A stretch of DNA of 63,633 bases, filler included, from Neolecta irregularis DAH-3 (Eukaryota), in NCBI GenBank assembly GCA_001929475.1. It is 18 parts of 18 records of this genome, joined end to end, with 100 filler letters (N's around TTAATTAATTAA, not from the genome) between each part and the next. Parts side by side here need not be neighbours in the genome. Positions count along the whole stretch, not along the records: positions 23,576 to 26,948 come from LXFE01001649.1; positions 27,049 to 28,851 come from LXFE01001650.1; positions 28,952 to 30,162 come from LXFE01001652.1; positions 30,263 to 36,166 come from LXFE01001655.1; positions 36,267 to 41,216 come from LXFE01001656.1; 13 more parts are not named here. One strand, given 5' to 3'. Both the position numbers and the translations under genes were made by a program. Shown here one piece after another: positions 26,058 to 38,886 of this stretch. The notes below the pieces were generated by a model that saw only the letters and a program-made list of their open reading frames with translations, was not told the origin of the DNA and did no database searches. The first letter of the stretch is position 1; the number at the start of each line of letters is the position of its first letter.

Positions 26058-26684
26058 ACTTTTCGGTTTTGTTTAATGAGTCCTTGGATTAATGTCAAAT
26101 GTTATAGTAGGCCACTACATTTCTTCACAACAGATCTCTTTTGAGTCATCTTGGTTAAAAGGTTCCATAGGAATGGCAATGGTTTTGACAGCTAATTATC
26201 TTTCCATACCAGATTCTGTGATTGGTTAACACAAATTGTGATCTATTTCCCAGCGTTCAGAATCAACGGGCTAAACGGACGGGAAAGGCAGGGTACGTAT
26301 GGGACGGGACGGGTTGGACTGGGCGGGCTGAAGGCGCCAGTACCCTTGTCTTACTACAAGTGTACCGACGTGCAAAATACCCGGTAGATACTGCAACTAT
26401 CCTAGGACTTTCCCTTCCTCACCCAATCCCTAGGCACCATTCTTCACAACCTTTGTGTCATCATCAAAATCCCCATCGCTCCACCCAGGAGTACCAAGAT
26501 CACCATTGATGTTGCTCACAGCTGAACCTTTAATCGATTAGTCACTCTCTCGCAGCTACGTACTAACGATAGTTAAACTTCTTGATTTTATCATAAGTCC
26601 TGAAACAGCTTGGGAAACTTTATTTCCAGCCTTTGGTTGGCTTTCATCAATTGTAACTACAGCAGGCTGAGGTGCATTGTGTCT

Positions 26685-26856
26685 TGTAAGCATATACCCA
26701 TGGCACACGTTTACCAATACGGGAAGAAGGCTTCAATAATATTGCGGCAATTAAAATTGTAGTATACAATATAGATAGGCGGTTCATACCTAGCCAATAC
26801 TTGAGCTAAAAACAATATAACCTAGTCTTATTCATATCTGGGCTTCAATATTTACA
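26685..26856 (+). mobile_element. Short solo LTR, family C (172 bp)
   Basis: TGTAAG...TTTACA ends flanked by GTCT on both sides; shares the aatataacctagtcttatt motif with other family C copies. Confidence 0.6.
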
Positions 26857-27048
26857 GTCTTGGAGCGCGAGCATTCACTTCTCCTCATCGGCCCACTCAG
26901 TATAGGCGGGAACTATAATCGATTAGTTACTCTCTCACAACTAATGCCNNNNNNNNNNNNNNNNNNNNNNNNNNNNNNNNNNNNNNNNNNNNTTAATTAA
27001 TTAANNNNNNNNNNNNNNNNNNNNNNNNNNNNNNNNNNNNNNNNNNNN

Positions 27049-27155
27049 CGCTGGTGGTTTCCCTTTACCAATCCGTTAGTGATCGCCGACGGGTTGGTGG
27101 TGACTGTGGCGACCTGGGGATTCGCGATCGTATGGGGACGTTCGAAGTCCCCACA
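27049..27155 (-). mobile_element. Partial family A LTR inserted into a family B LTR end (27156-27255)
   Basis: Reverse complement starts TGTGGGGACTTCGAACGTCCCCATACG. The adjacent 27156-27255 matches 31640-31738. Confidence 0.7.
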
Positions 27156-27427
27156 ACGGCCCAAGAGACTGAAATCCCATACGACCACGCTCACCAATCA
27201 ACAACCTATAATCCTATAAACGCTTGCAACATCTAACTACACCCTGCGTGCTTCACGTTGAATAGATAAACTTCATTTCTCTCAGAATCATTAGCAGATG
27301 ATTTCTGAACCAACAGGACTTTAATTAACTAGAAATAGGTTGAACGAAAGAAACTTTTGGAAGACTTTCGTTGAGGGCATGTTCTGGTCTGGCGGAAAGT
27401 TTCATCCCCGAAGAAGACAAGGGCGAG

Positions 27428-27718
27428 TGTCAGCACACGGACTTGGACTTGGTGCTGTGTGAGACTCTGGTCGGATACTCTGGCGTAGTTACTTAATAGA
27501 GAAGTAACAGCTTATATTGAATATCTCGTGAAACCCGCTACGTGACGTCCTCGGCAGCCAGTCTGATGACTGCCTGGATGGCCACGGCGATGACACTGGC
27601 GACTTCCTCTGATCGCTCCTGCAGTTACCCCTAATACTCGGGTGGTAACTGTGGCGGCTTGAGGATTCGCATTGGTACGGCGATTCGCGTTTGTATGGGG
27701 ACGCTCCAAGTCCCCACA
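27428..27718 (-). mobile_element. Solo LTR, family A (291 bp, internally deleted)
   Basis: Homologous to 20067-20443; perfect 5-bp TSD GCGAG (27423-27 and 27719-23). Confidence 0.88.
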
Positions 27719-29033
27719 GCGAGCATCCAGTGCAAACTTTGTGGAGCCAGAAGCAGGTTAAGAAAGGAGGTGTGATAGTGATGTTCAGAATATAGTATTC
27801 TTCCGAGTAAACAACAAACCACGCATACCACAAACAACAAACAACAAACATCATATACAGCCCTAGTACTTCGTGAAAAACATAAAACGATATGGTTCAT
27901 CGTATCATAAGGCCAAAGCAACTTGAAATCGCAACTAAGGGGGTAATTTGTATCAGTTTAATAGTAAGATCTCCTGCACCCGTCGACTTTTGAAGTTCCA
28001 TCCATGCAAGATCGAACAAAGCCTGATTATCGTGTTCTTCAGACATGTCGATTTCGCGTATTTGAATTGCAGCGTATATTTCTCGCAGGAAATCGTCTAG
28101 CAAATCTTCGATGTCATTCCTCAGTGAACATATATTGCAAAATCAGAGAGCTCCATTTTTTTCTGAGATTAATCACAAGTTGATAACAGATTTACCTTTA
28201 CTTGAGGGTTATGTTGATCCGTATTGAACATGACTGTTGAAAAGGTCAATACATACGCCGCATAACTTGACCAGATAACAGTATCGCCCTCTTGACTTTC
28301 AAAATACCAGGCGGCGAACTTTTATTTGGATCAAGTTTCGTGGAAATTGCGGTGGCGTCCTTGCATTTGTCTCCAATCTGCACTCAAACCTGCTGGAGTT
28401 AGGGAAAAGCGCTCCGAGGCTCTGGTATGCCTTAAGACGAGACTTTAGTTCCGGGGTTCTGGTAAATCTGGCGCGGATCTTTCGATGTGGTGAGGCCGCA
28501 GGGCATGTGTCAAGGACGAGGACGGCTGATGATCTTCAGGTATATTGTTTGAGGCGATAGGTGTGAGAAACCGCATGATCTGTAGAGGTGAGTTTTACAA
28601 AGTGGAAATTTCTGAGCCAAGATGTAGAATGGAGCAGAGGTGGGAGATAACCTGATAAGCAAGTGATCCATTCCAAATTCGTGACCAATAGACGTGACTT
28701 ACCACTGAACAGCATTATGTGAAGAAACTTGTGGGAAATCTCTCCCACTCTCCCGCCCTAATTACTGAGGTGATCCAAGGTTCTATGTAAGGATATACAC
28801 TCGGGTATATCCTTACCAAAGACGGAAATGACGGAAGCAGTAGGGCAGCTGNNNNNNNNNNNNNNNNNNNNNNNNNNNNNNNNNNNNNNNNNNNNTTAAT
28901 TAATTAANNNNNNNNNNNNNNNNNNNNNNNNNNNNNNNNNNNNNNNNNNNNTGATTCCCACTGAACTACCAACCCCTGCCTATCACCTCTCTGCACTGCT
29001 ATCCCTGTCCCATCTACTTATCTGCAATCAAGC

Positions 29034-29228
29034 CACAGAACTTACTGTGAAAATCTGGAATTACAGTGAAAGTTCTGTAACTTACAGTGAAAATCCGGAA
29101 TTACAGTGAAAATCCAGAATTACAGTGAAAGTTCTATAACTTACTATGAAAATCCGGAATTACAGTGAAAGTTCTGGAACTTACTGTGAAAATCCCGCTG
29201 TTTTGGAATTTACAGTGAAAGTTCTGTG
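29034..29228. repeat. MITE-like element of about 18-20-nt tandem units with inverted CACAGAACTT ends
   Basis: Repeated ttacagtgaaa(atccggaa|gttctg); termini cacagaactt / aagttctgtg. Confidence 0.5.
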
Positions 29229-30262
29229 TAAGTATCTTTATATTCAAACATAGTTCACTGCTCGCTCGCCACAATCTCTGCTCCCTGTCCCCTGCCACCT
29301 ACCTCATCCCCCACTCACCCTGCTTGCAGTCACCCTGGACTTGACCTCTTGCTCTCTCTTACCTCCTTGCCTGCTCGCTCCCCGATCCCTTTCACCGCTT
29401 TGCCCATGCTCTCGCTCACTCTCTCTCGCCTCCTTGTCCACATGCTCCCTCGCTCCCTCTCTCCCTCTCCCTCTATCCCACCGCTGGGCCTCGCCGCAGA
29501 CTCTGCCGTCAAGCACAGCAAGTCACCATCCACCATCGCCACCCTATTCTCCTGGTCATACTTGCACTGGCCGCTCAGCCTACAGGCGTCCGCATTGGCA
29601 CTCAGCCTGCCTGTCATCATTCTTAGAGTCAATCAACCACTACCAGCAGTCAGTCACCAAATGAGAATGAGCAGGAGAACTCAGAGAGTACTTGTGCCTT
29701 GTGGCCCATGTCAAAGGTTTTGGCAAAGCCACAGGCTGTTGCAAGCGGATGCAGGAATATTCGTAACTAATCTTTAGATTCGAGGGTGATTTAGACAGCC
29801 GCCGCCGGACAAACAGCCGCCACCAGCTAGGACTGCTCACCGCTACATGCTCATGCTCCCGGAGACTTTTGCGCGGCCCCCTCTGCCCTTGCCAGTTGCC
29901 ACCGCCGCCGACTCTGCTGCTGCCACTGAGCCCGAAGCAATGACACAGTCGCCCAGCAAAGTAAAGCCTGTGTGCATCTCCATCCTGTTCCGATGGCCGT
30001 CCTGGAACCGGCCACTCAGTGCGCTTGCCGCCGCGCTGGAAGGCAAGCTACCCGCCATGGCCGCCGATTTTGTGCGGTGGATCCGCCGTCCCCCATCCTC
30101 GGCCACTCACCATCCTCTGCTGGTCTTCTTCGGTGCCGCCTCATCTACCTACACAGCACTCCNNNNNNNNNNNNNNNNNNNNNNNNNNNNNNNNNNNNNN
30201 NNNNNNTTAATTAATTAANNNNNNNNNNNNNNNNNNNNNNNNNNNNNNNNNNNNNNNNNNNN

Positions 30263-30623
30263 AAGGTCAAGAGTCCGCTGTTGTCAACGGTGAAATTCTG
30301 GTATTTGGTAGCGGATGCTGTGTTGGGAAACTGAAAGGGTATGATACCGGTGGTTGCGATTCCGAGCGCTGCGTAATTCAGGTCGTAAAGAGCGCCATCG
30401 CCGAGAACAAAGTTAGCGAACGGTCCAACATTTCGGAGCTGCGCAGAAGGTCCAAAAGTTAAGGAGAGAACCCATGTACTAGGGCCAATTACAACAGGGC
30501 GGGCCTCGATCACTGTGGCTGTTAGGTTGTCTGCAAGTGTGGGAGTAGCGCACGGTAGGTGCTAATCTGCGCAGAGACAGAAACGAAAAAGGCGAATGCC
30601 GCGATGGCAACAGAAGAACGCAT
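30263..30623 (-). CDS. Secreted protein family, copy 1 (5' part, contig-truncated)
   Basis: Signal peptide MRSSVAIAAFAFFVSVSAQ, a 41-nt intron, then IEARP...FVLGDGALYDLNYAALGI...YQNFTVDNSGLLT. Confidence 0.75.
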
Positions 30624-31222
30624 TGCACAGGGCGAAAGACAGACTTGGGTAAGGAACAAAGGCAGGAAACAGCCAACGAGCGTGAGTGTTGGGCCTGCCT
30701 CGTTGTCTCGCTCGGCGGCTTTAAAGCCTGGCAGGAATGTAAACGCGCACGCGAGGAGTCTTGCGCCTGGCGCATTCCTGCTGGAAATTGCCAGCCTTGG
30801 TTCAAGGCTGCGCGCGCTTTCGCAGTACGCCACGCTCTGCAGCCTGCGCTTTCACATGGCTGCACACATCCGGCAGGACCGGCCACTGCTGCAGCACATT
30901 GTGTGCGCAATCTCGCGGTCACTTGTGGCTGTAAACACCGCTTCCGGGTCCTCGGCGTGAGTAATCAATGGTGTGCTAACGAGCTTCTCCGAAAATCGGG
31001 TTTCAAAACAACAAAAATTCACCATTCGACATTTTGAAATTCTTCAACATTACTAAGTCTGTTTTTGCAGTCGAGTGCACGTGGCTTGGCCTTTTTCTTC
31101 GTGATGGTAGTGTTATATGAGGTAGAACTTGAGAATCAATCGAAAAGTAAGTAGGTCGGCAGGAATCAACATCATATAAATATACAAAAATGCGGAATAA
31201 ATCTGCATCAATTGTTTCTATG

Positions 31223-31738
31223 TGTGGCACAGTTAACAAGATCTGAGGATTCCCACGAAATCTACACAACCGCTCTCCCTCCCCATCAACTTCACCAATC
31301 ATCATCAACCACCCTAATCTGGCTGGCTTAGAAGCAACAGACGTACCCCTTCCTTTCCCGGTTCTCCTCTCCTGAATTACCCATTCCGAGGGGGCTGGCA
31401 TCCTGCTGTGTAGTTTGGCCGCTTCCAGAGTTTCTCCTCTCCCTCCTCCAATTCCGTTTGTTTGTCTACGAAATTGCTTCCTGTTCCAGGGAGGCTAGTA
31501 CATTGCTGGGCAGTCCGGCTGCATTGGGGTGGTTCTCATTTGTCTTTATTTTTTCTGTAATCTCTCCTTTTGCTTTGGCTGCTCTTTTCTGTTCGTAGGT
31601 AACCAATTAAATCAATCTATTTCCGTTTCTAAATCTTGACGACCCAGGAGATTGAAAGCCCAATAAACCCACTCACCAATCAACAATCTACAATCCTATA
31701 AACTGCTTGCAACATCTAGCTACACCCTGCGTGCAACA
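31223..31738 (+). mobile_element. Probable solo LTR, family B
   Basis: Imperfect inverted ends tgtggcac / gtgcaaca. The 3' motif ctacaccctgcgtg..ca recurs at 20819-20884(-), 27156-27255, 32665-32730 and about 56270-56290. No TSD found. Confidence 0.5.
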
Positions 31739-31803
31739 GAAGTCACAGTATAACCATTACATCTGAATCATCAAATATTTACACATGAGTCATCAGTTAT
31801 TCA

Positions 31804-32620
31804 TCAAAGAATCACTACAGTACTCATTACAACAATGATGATTGAAATCAAGTCAATAATGTTCAATACAGCCGCACTTGCGAAGATTGAACTCAAATCT
31901 CTAGAAGCAGCACTGCCTGTGGTAGGGCCAGAAGATGATCCAGCGTTGCCAGCAGTAGCCGCAGCAGTACTCGAGACGTTGGCGTTTGCAGTAGCACGTG
32001 GTTGGATTAGCGCCATTAACATCGATTTGCAGAGTTGCGGCATTTTCCGCCAAAGCAAGACCGATAAGTGCAGGATTGGATGAGGCTGAAATGACAGTAT
32101 CTGATGCAAATCAGTATTCACATTTGATATGGGAACCTACATGACGAATTGACGGGAGGGGGAGGGATGGTGGATAGTTAAGAAACAGATTCACCTGGAT
32201 GCAGGGCGCAGGAGCGACGGGAAGAGAACCACCTGGGACGAAAACTTTAAGGTTGAAAATAATCGGGCCAGTCCCACATTAGTAGAAGTTAACTGTTAAG
32301 GAATGTCAAGAGTCCACTATTGCCAACAGTGAAATTTTGGTATCTGATGATGGAGGCTGTATCAGGTTACTGATAAGGTAAAACACCGGAGGCTGTTGGG
32401 ATGCCGAGGGCAGCGTTATTTAGGTCGTATACAGCGCCATTACCGACAACGAAGTTGCCAACCGGTCCACTAAGGCCGACTCCTCCAGGTGCAAGCTGTG
32501 CACGAAATCCCAGGACGTAGTCGAGTATAAAGTTGCTAGGGCTACCAGCAATAGGACAGGCTTCGATGGCTGTGGGAGTTAGGCTGTGCGCATGTTCGGG
32601 AGCAGCGCACTGTAGGTCAG
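31804..32620 (-). pseudogene. Secreted protein family, copy 2 (pseudogene)
   Basis: Homologous exons with in-frame stops (YQ*, FY*CG) and frameshifts. The signal-peptide exon is deleted; the hydrophobic C-terminus is retained. Confidence 0.7.
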
Positions 32621-32853
32621 CGAAAGCGCGCCCGAGGAGTCTTGCGAAGTCCATCCGATCATACATACCAATCAACAATCTATTAATCGTATATACCACC
32701 TCTAACATCTAGCTACACCCTCCGTGCAAAAAGTAGAATGTTTCAAAAATTATACAAAAAGCAACAAAATATCTGACAGAAACCGCTATCTTTCTCGAAT
32801 TACACACTTCAGGCACAATCTACCTAGAATGCCACACATCAAGAATACCCATC

Positions 32854-35346
32854 CTATGCAAGAACCATCATAGTACCGACTGCAACCAAGATAGTGGACA
32901 TGAAGTGAACAGTGTTCAATACAGTAGCACCAGTGAAGATTGCACTCGAACTTTTGGTAGGAGCAGAGCTACCTGAAGATGGTCCAGCATTGCCAGCAGC
33001 TGCTGCAGCGGGCGAGCCAGCATTAGCATTTGCAGCAGCATTGCGGCTTGAGGCACCACTGTTTGAAGCTGCGTTACTTGCACCGGATGAAGCAGCATTA
33101 GCACTATTGATTAAAAATTATTAGAACCACAAGATATACTTAGCAGCAGCAGGACCCAAACCACCAACACTTGCAGCAGCTGCTGCACCTGCGGCACCAG
33201 CACTCGCAGAAGCACTGGCTTGAGCACAGGCAGCAGCACTAGCAAGAGCCGAACCAGCAAGACATCCACATGACTGAGCAGCCGCGATAGCTGCAGCATT
33301 TGCAGAAGCAGCAGCATTGACAGGCATAATCGAACAACATACTGGGCATGTGCAAGTCACTGCGTAACATGGAATATCAGTAACAGGCAGTTGAGTGACA
33401 GCTTGACAATCGGTGGTATTTGCAGCACAAACCAAGAATGTCGTACCGAGATGTATATCGATATTAGTGGACGTTCCAGATCCGTTGGACGTGAATATAC
33501 CAGAGGTACAGATCTGAACATCAGATACAGAGACACAGAGATCGCTTGTAAAGGTGACACTAATTGAGGACGTACCAGGAGTCGTGGTTGCTGAAGTGTT
33601 AGACTGGACTCCGAGGGCTAAAGCTGAGCATCCTGCAGGAACAGTTGGGCTAAAGGACGAATACATGACAAAGTGTCCAGACGCTCCTCCGACTTGACAG
33701 GCGTAGAAAAAGGCCGAGCTTCCAGTTGGTGAAATGAAGGAGAGAGTCGATCCAACCTCACGTTTGTGAGACAGAGGAGAAGACCAATGTTGACTGTATC
33801 CAAAAGATGGCTCATCGTCCACAATATAGTCAAGAGGGGAGCCAGAAGGATTGTCAGAGGCTTTATCGATGATAACGAATAAGCCCTGGAGGAATCGCAA
33901 GAAGCCGTTTACGAACTGGACGGGGGTTCCAGGTGCTTTCGTGAGGATGATAATGCCACTGGTATCCGAGCCAAAGAGCGAGAGGCTCATGTCTCCCAAA
34001 GCCGGGTTGCTTGAATTGTCGATGATGATAATAAATTCTGCTGTACCAGGTGTCGGGGTTGAGTTAATCGAGGATGTGCTCATAGCAGGAATGCTCGTGG
34101 TTGTGCGGGACGCTCCGGTGGCAGGATTCGTTATTGCTGAAGATGTTCCAGTCGGGGCAGTCGTTGTTGATTGGATCACCGTCCCTGTTCCAGTGGCTGT
34201 GTTGGAGGTTGCTCCAGAGGATGATGCAACAGAGGATAATGTAACAGCGGTAGTTGTAACAGAAGGTGATGCCACAGAAGACAAGGTACTATCGGCTATT
34301 GAACTTGAACTGGAGCTAATCGGAGGGACGTAGAGTGCTGGATTCATTGCGACCAAAGAGGCAGTAAAACAAGCTAGATTGGTAGGGCCTTGTACCGTGG
34401 AGGTGTAAAGAACTCAAGTAATCCAATTGGGGCACAACGAAAAGAATTGTTGAAGTGAGGTGACTATGTCAACATACGTAATGACACCTGCCGGAGAGTA
34501 TAAAAAGTTTTGGTTAGTCTATAGATGTAAGATTAAACATGAAAATGGACAAGGTACCGTGAGTTGTGCCACACCGAAAGTTACAGCCGACCCGCCTGGA
34601 ACAAGACCATTAGTATGCCACACTCTTAGCGAATTGTCATAGATTGACTGGGAAATGTCATCGTGGAAGAACGTGGTTGGGTTCGTTCCATTAACATATA
34701 TTTGCGCAGTTGCAACGTTCTCCGCCATGGCAAGACCAACAAGTGCAGGATTGTTTGACTGAAATGACAATATCTGATGCATATCACCATTCACATTTGA
34801 TATAGGAACCTACATGACGAATTGACGGGAGGGGGAGGGAATGCGGCAAGCCCCACATTGTGAAGATACAGTCCCACCGGGATACAGGGAGCAGGACTGG
34901 CAGGGAGAATACTTCCTGGGGTTAAAACCTCGAGGATGAACGGCAGCTCAACCCCACATTGATAGAATGTGTAGCTGTTGGTAAGGTCAAGAGTCCGCTA
35001 TTGCTAACAGTGAAATTCTGGTATGTAATGATGGAGGCTGTGTCGGGATACTGATAAAGTATTTCACCGGAGCTTATAGGGATACCGAGGGCGGCGAAAT
35101 TTGTGTCGTATACACCGCCATCGCCGACAACGAAGGGGGCTTGGGAGCCACTAGGGCAGAGTTGAACGGGGAATCCTGCGTCATATGCGTTAATATAGGT
35201 GCTGTTGCCATCCCCAAGAGGGCGTGCTTCGATGACTATAAAGATTAGGTGCTCCACAGGGACGGGAGCGGCGTGCAGTAAGAGTTTGACTGGGCGGACA
35301 CAGCGGCGAAAGAAGCCAATGTCACAAGGGCAGCAGAAGAACGCAT
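32854..35346 (-). CDS. Secreted protein family, copy 3: long Ser/Thr/Ala-rich, Cys-containing, GPI-like cell-surface protein (apparent 1-nt frameshift near 34983)
   Basis: MRSSAALVTLASFAAVSAQ signal, family domain, S/T stalk, Cys-rich block CYAVTCTCPVCC, Ala-rich region and C-terminal hydrophobic STILVAVGTMMVLA*. Confidence 0.65.
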
Positions 35347-36798
35347 GCCTAGATTTGAAAGACAGACTTGTAAGGAACAAGGGAAGGAAACAGCTACCGA
35401 GCGTGAGTGTTGTGCCTGTCGCGCCGACTGGTACCGCGGCTATCCTAGCCTTGAATCTATCCGCGCACGCGAGGAGTGGCTTGCAGGGGCATTCCTGACA
35501 TCGTCAGCCTTGGTCCAAGGCGGCGCGCTCTTTTGCTGAACGACACATTCATCTCCATCCTCTTTGAGATGGCTGGAAACATCCTATAGGACCAACCACC
35601 GCTGCAGCGTATGGGTGCGCAATTTCGCAGTCATTTGTGACTGTAAACATCGCTTTTGGGTCCATGTCGTGATTAAGCAATGGTGGCGCAAATCATCGTA
35701 GTATAACTAAGGAAAATATCAAATGTTGATGAATTTCAAAAACTACTCTACTTTATGTATGCAATCAGATGGAAAATACACCTATATCTAAGACATTTTA
35801 TCACAACCATCCCAGGAGGTCGCAGTATTAGAGCCTGAATCGTATGTTTACAACAATGTCCTTGCGAAGGATGTTGCAGAGCCGGTGAAATTCTCACAAC
35901 TTCTGAACACTTATCCGATCCGTGTCTCACTTCCAACTCCATAGATTCCTACTTTCGAGACAGCTCTAGGACGCCTGCACGCCCACTAGCTGCCTCCGTC
36001 TCTCCTCTCAGTCTCAGCTTATTTCAATTACTATCATAGATCTCTTTCTTGGGAAGTTAGTAGTGCCACCGCTCCCAGCGATTGTACCCTCTGACCCGCA
36101 ACCCTGTTTCAATATTGTCTTTCCTTGTTTCTCCCCCACATAGACCTGTAGGACCGCCTTGCCAGCNNNNNNNNNNNNNNNNNNNNNNNNNNNNNNNNNN
36201 NNNNNNNNNNTTAATTAATTAANNNNNNNNNNNNNNNNNNNNNNNNNNNNNNNNNNNNNNNNNNNNACCTAACCAAGTTCACTTACCTTGGTTAGGTATA
36301 CTCATGTATATAGAAGTTCACTTACCTTGGTTAGAATATATACCGGGTCTTATTCGTACTTCAGGCGAACAATTACATGTTTTGCAATACTCGCAGTATC
36401 TTAACCTAGCTGGCCTTAAAGGCAAAACAAAGGCCTTCGTTGCTTCATGTGCACGTATCAAATTTTGGGCAGATTAATGACAAAGTCGAAGACTACTCAT
36501 GGAGAACCAGATGATACTGCAAATTGCCTTATAGTAATGTCCAGGAACCACTGAATGCTCTAACAATTAAACTATAATTGAATGACTCCTTGTGTTTCTT
36601 AATACTGAATGGTAGTTTCCCGACAACCTTCCGAATTTGTCCCAACAATAATTCCAATAATCCATAGCCGAATGAGCAATCCTTTTCCGTTGATCCCAAG
36701 GTCCGATATTTCCACTGACTTCTCCTCGTTCGAGAAATGACGGTTGATTGTTATCTCCCGTTATACACTCATTATACTCTGCTGTTTCCTGCAAACAT

Positions 36799-36981
36799 CT
36801 ATAAATTAGACAACATCGAAACGATATAAATACTTATTTTCTGACAGTTTGAACAAGGTGCCTGCACCATGGTTACTGAAGGATGCTTTGGTTCGGGGCA
36901 AGTTGCGTTGACAAAGCAGAAATATCGACGAATAGGTGTTAGATGTCCGCAGGAGTACGAATACGATGCGAAACTGCACAT
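36799..36981 (-). CDS. Small Cys-rich protein (MC-x8-CGH...C..C)
   Basis: MCSFASYSYSCGH..C..C..PCSNC; TATAAA about 80 nt upstream. Confidence 0.45.
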   Translation of the reverse strand: MCSFASYSYSCGHLTPIRRYFCFVNATCPEPKHPSVTMVQAPCSNCQKISIYIVSMLSNL

Positions 36982-38886
36982 TTCCGATCAAAGGATGACT
37001 TGGATGGGATGATTAGATAGTTTCCTATGGGCAGATTCTCGCATCATGCCATGAGCCTCATTTATAGCTATTTGTACAGTGTCCAACGAGATCTCCGGGG
37101 TTCCCAAGAATTATGGACTAGACAATGCGGGTGTCATGATAGTCATCAACAGAATAGACCCTTCTTGGATTATTATTCGCATGGCTGAGCATGGGACAAA
37201 TGGCATGTTTCGAACTTACGACTTTAGCGCTATTAAAGTCTTATAGAAATCCTGATTCCTATTGTCTATGAAACGGATCGGCCACAAAAAGCGTTACTTT
37301 CCGTTTCTTATCCGGTTAAGGTCCATGTGAGAAAACACGGTTGAAATGGCGTCCACGCTACACGAATACAATCAGAACAGTGTTCTTTTCTTTGGGAAAT
37401 CATGTCATTGTCGGGAAAGCCAGGGGACCAGCGCAACTCATTTCCAAAAATATTCAAATCTATGTTCCAATGAAGGCATTCTAACTGAGATGCGCTCTGG
37501 TGTTTCAGGGAAACTCGGAGCGACAATCCCGATTAATAAGTGTACGTTGACTGGTGGTCTAAGACTGGCGGAGCCATCCACTCTTTCTGGGTTATGAGAG
37601 CCTTCGAGAGACTGTTGGCGTCCTTGCTGAGATTCGACAGTGCTGGTTGCAAGCTCGCCGCTAATTTAAAATTCCTGAAACGTGCTCCGGTGCTCGTTTC
37701 CTCGGACTAGTATGGATGGTCGCAGCAATACCGACGAAGCAGGGCGAAGCAGGGAGTGCGAATGGATCAAGTGCTATGTGGTGAGCCGCTTGGATCATTT
37801 AGCTTCGCCTTGATTGATAGGGGCTATGAAATTGAAAGTAATCCATCCTTTTATCCTGTGAGTCTACCTGTTGAAAAATGATGGTCTGATATTTTCTTCC
37901 CCTTCCTTTTCAATGACCAATCCGAATTCCTTCTGACTCTATAGTAGAAGGACTTTCTTCTGGGTTAGAATTGTGGTGGCAATTATAACTTTACTAGGGG
38001 ATATTTTTCAAACATCGAGGATACCTTAGCACACGAATTTAGATTTTCAGAGGGCAATTCAATATTGTAGAATTTATCTTCCGACGGCCGACATTTTTCG
38101 AATGGAACAAAATAAAGTCACCTGCCATTGTGTGTGTTGTTAACATGATATAATCTTTCAAGTGAAGTACATGACAGCCCTGCTCAGGTCTATCAACAAG
38201 CCGCCAGGAAGCAGTGATTGACCACATCTGAGAAGAGGCCAGATGTGGTGGCTTTATAATAGTGTTGAAAGGATCGCAAAGTATATTAAAAGTGAAGCCC
38301 TTCCATCTGCGTAATTATCGTTACCAGTGTCGAGACCGAATTACAGAAATTCTGCTCTTGCCTACCATGATCTCTGTCTCGAAGGTTCAACTGTTCTGGA
38401 ACGTGTGCCCTAATCTCAAGGGTAGATGCTAACACAAGGTTCTAGTGGGGAATCGCGCTATTTGAGAGGAAGGGAGCCAAGACTTAGCTGGTTTATTAGA
38501 CGACATCTAACTCAGGAACGAAAAAATTCTATGAGTAAAGAGTCCTGTTTCATTCGCCTTCAGATTACGGTAATTTGTTCAGTTCAGATTTGGATCAGCT
38601 AGGATCTTGCTCAACTTGACCAATATTCACCGATTCTGAGATCGGAATACTATTACCACGTGCTCGTAGTTCGCTGACCAGAAATGCTGCCCGATGAGTA
38701 TGACTGCAAACAGAAGCATCCTGCCTACCGTTGTTGAGTTTAAGTTCTCAATATGTCCTCGCTCTTGTAATTTCTATATTTATTCTACTTTTCCAATGTA
38801 AAAATACGACATAAAGCCTGAGTTTGTTTTTTTCTTGCAAGTAAAAGTACGCCTTGTCAACCATCAACACCACAACATCATCACAA

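Noticed and set aside
29034-29228. CRISPR-like array
   Set aside because: Eukaryotic context and tandem units with no unique spacers.
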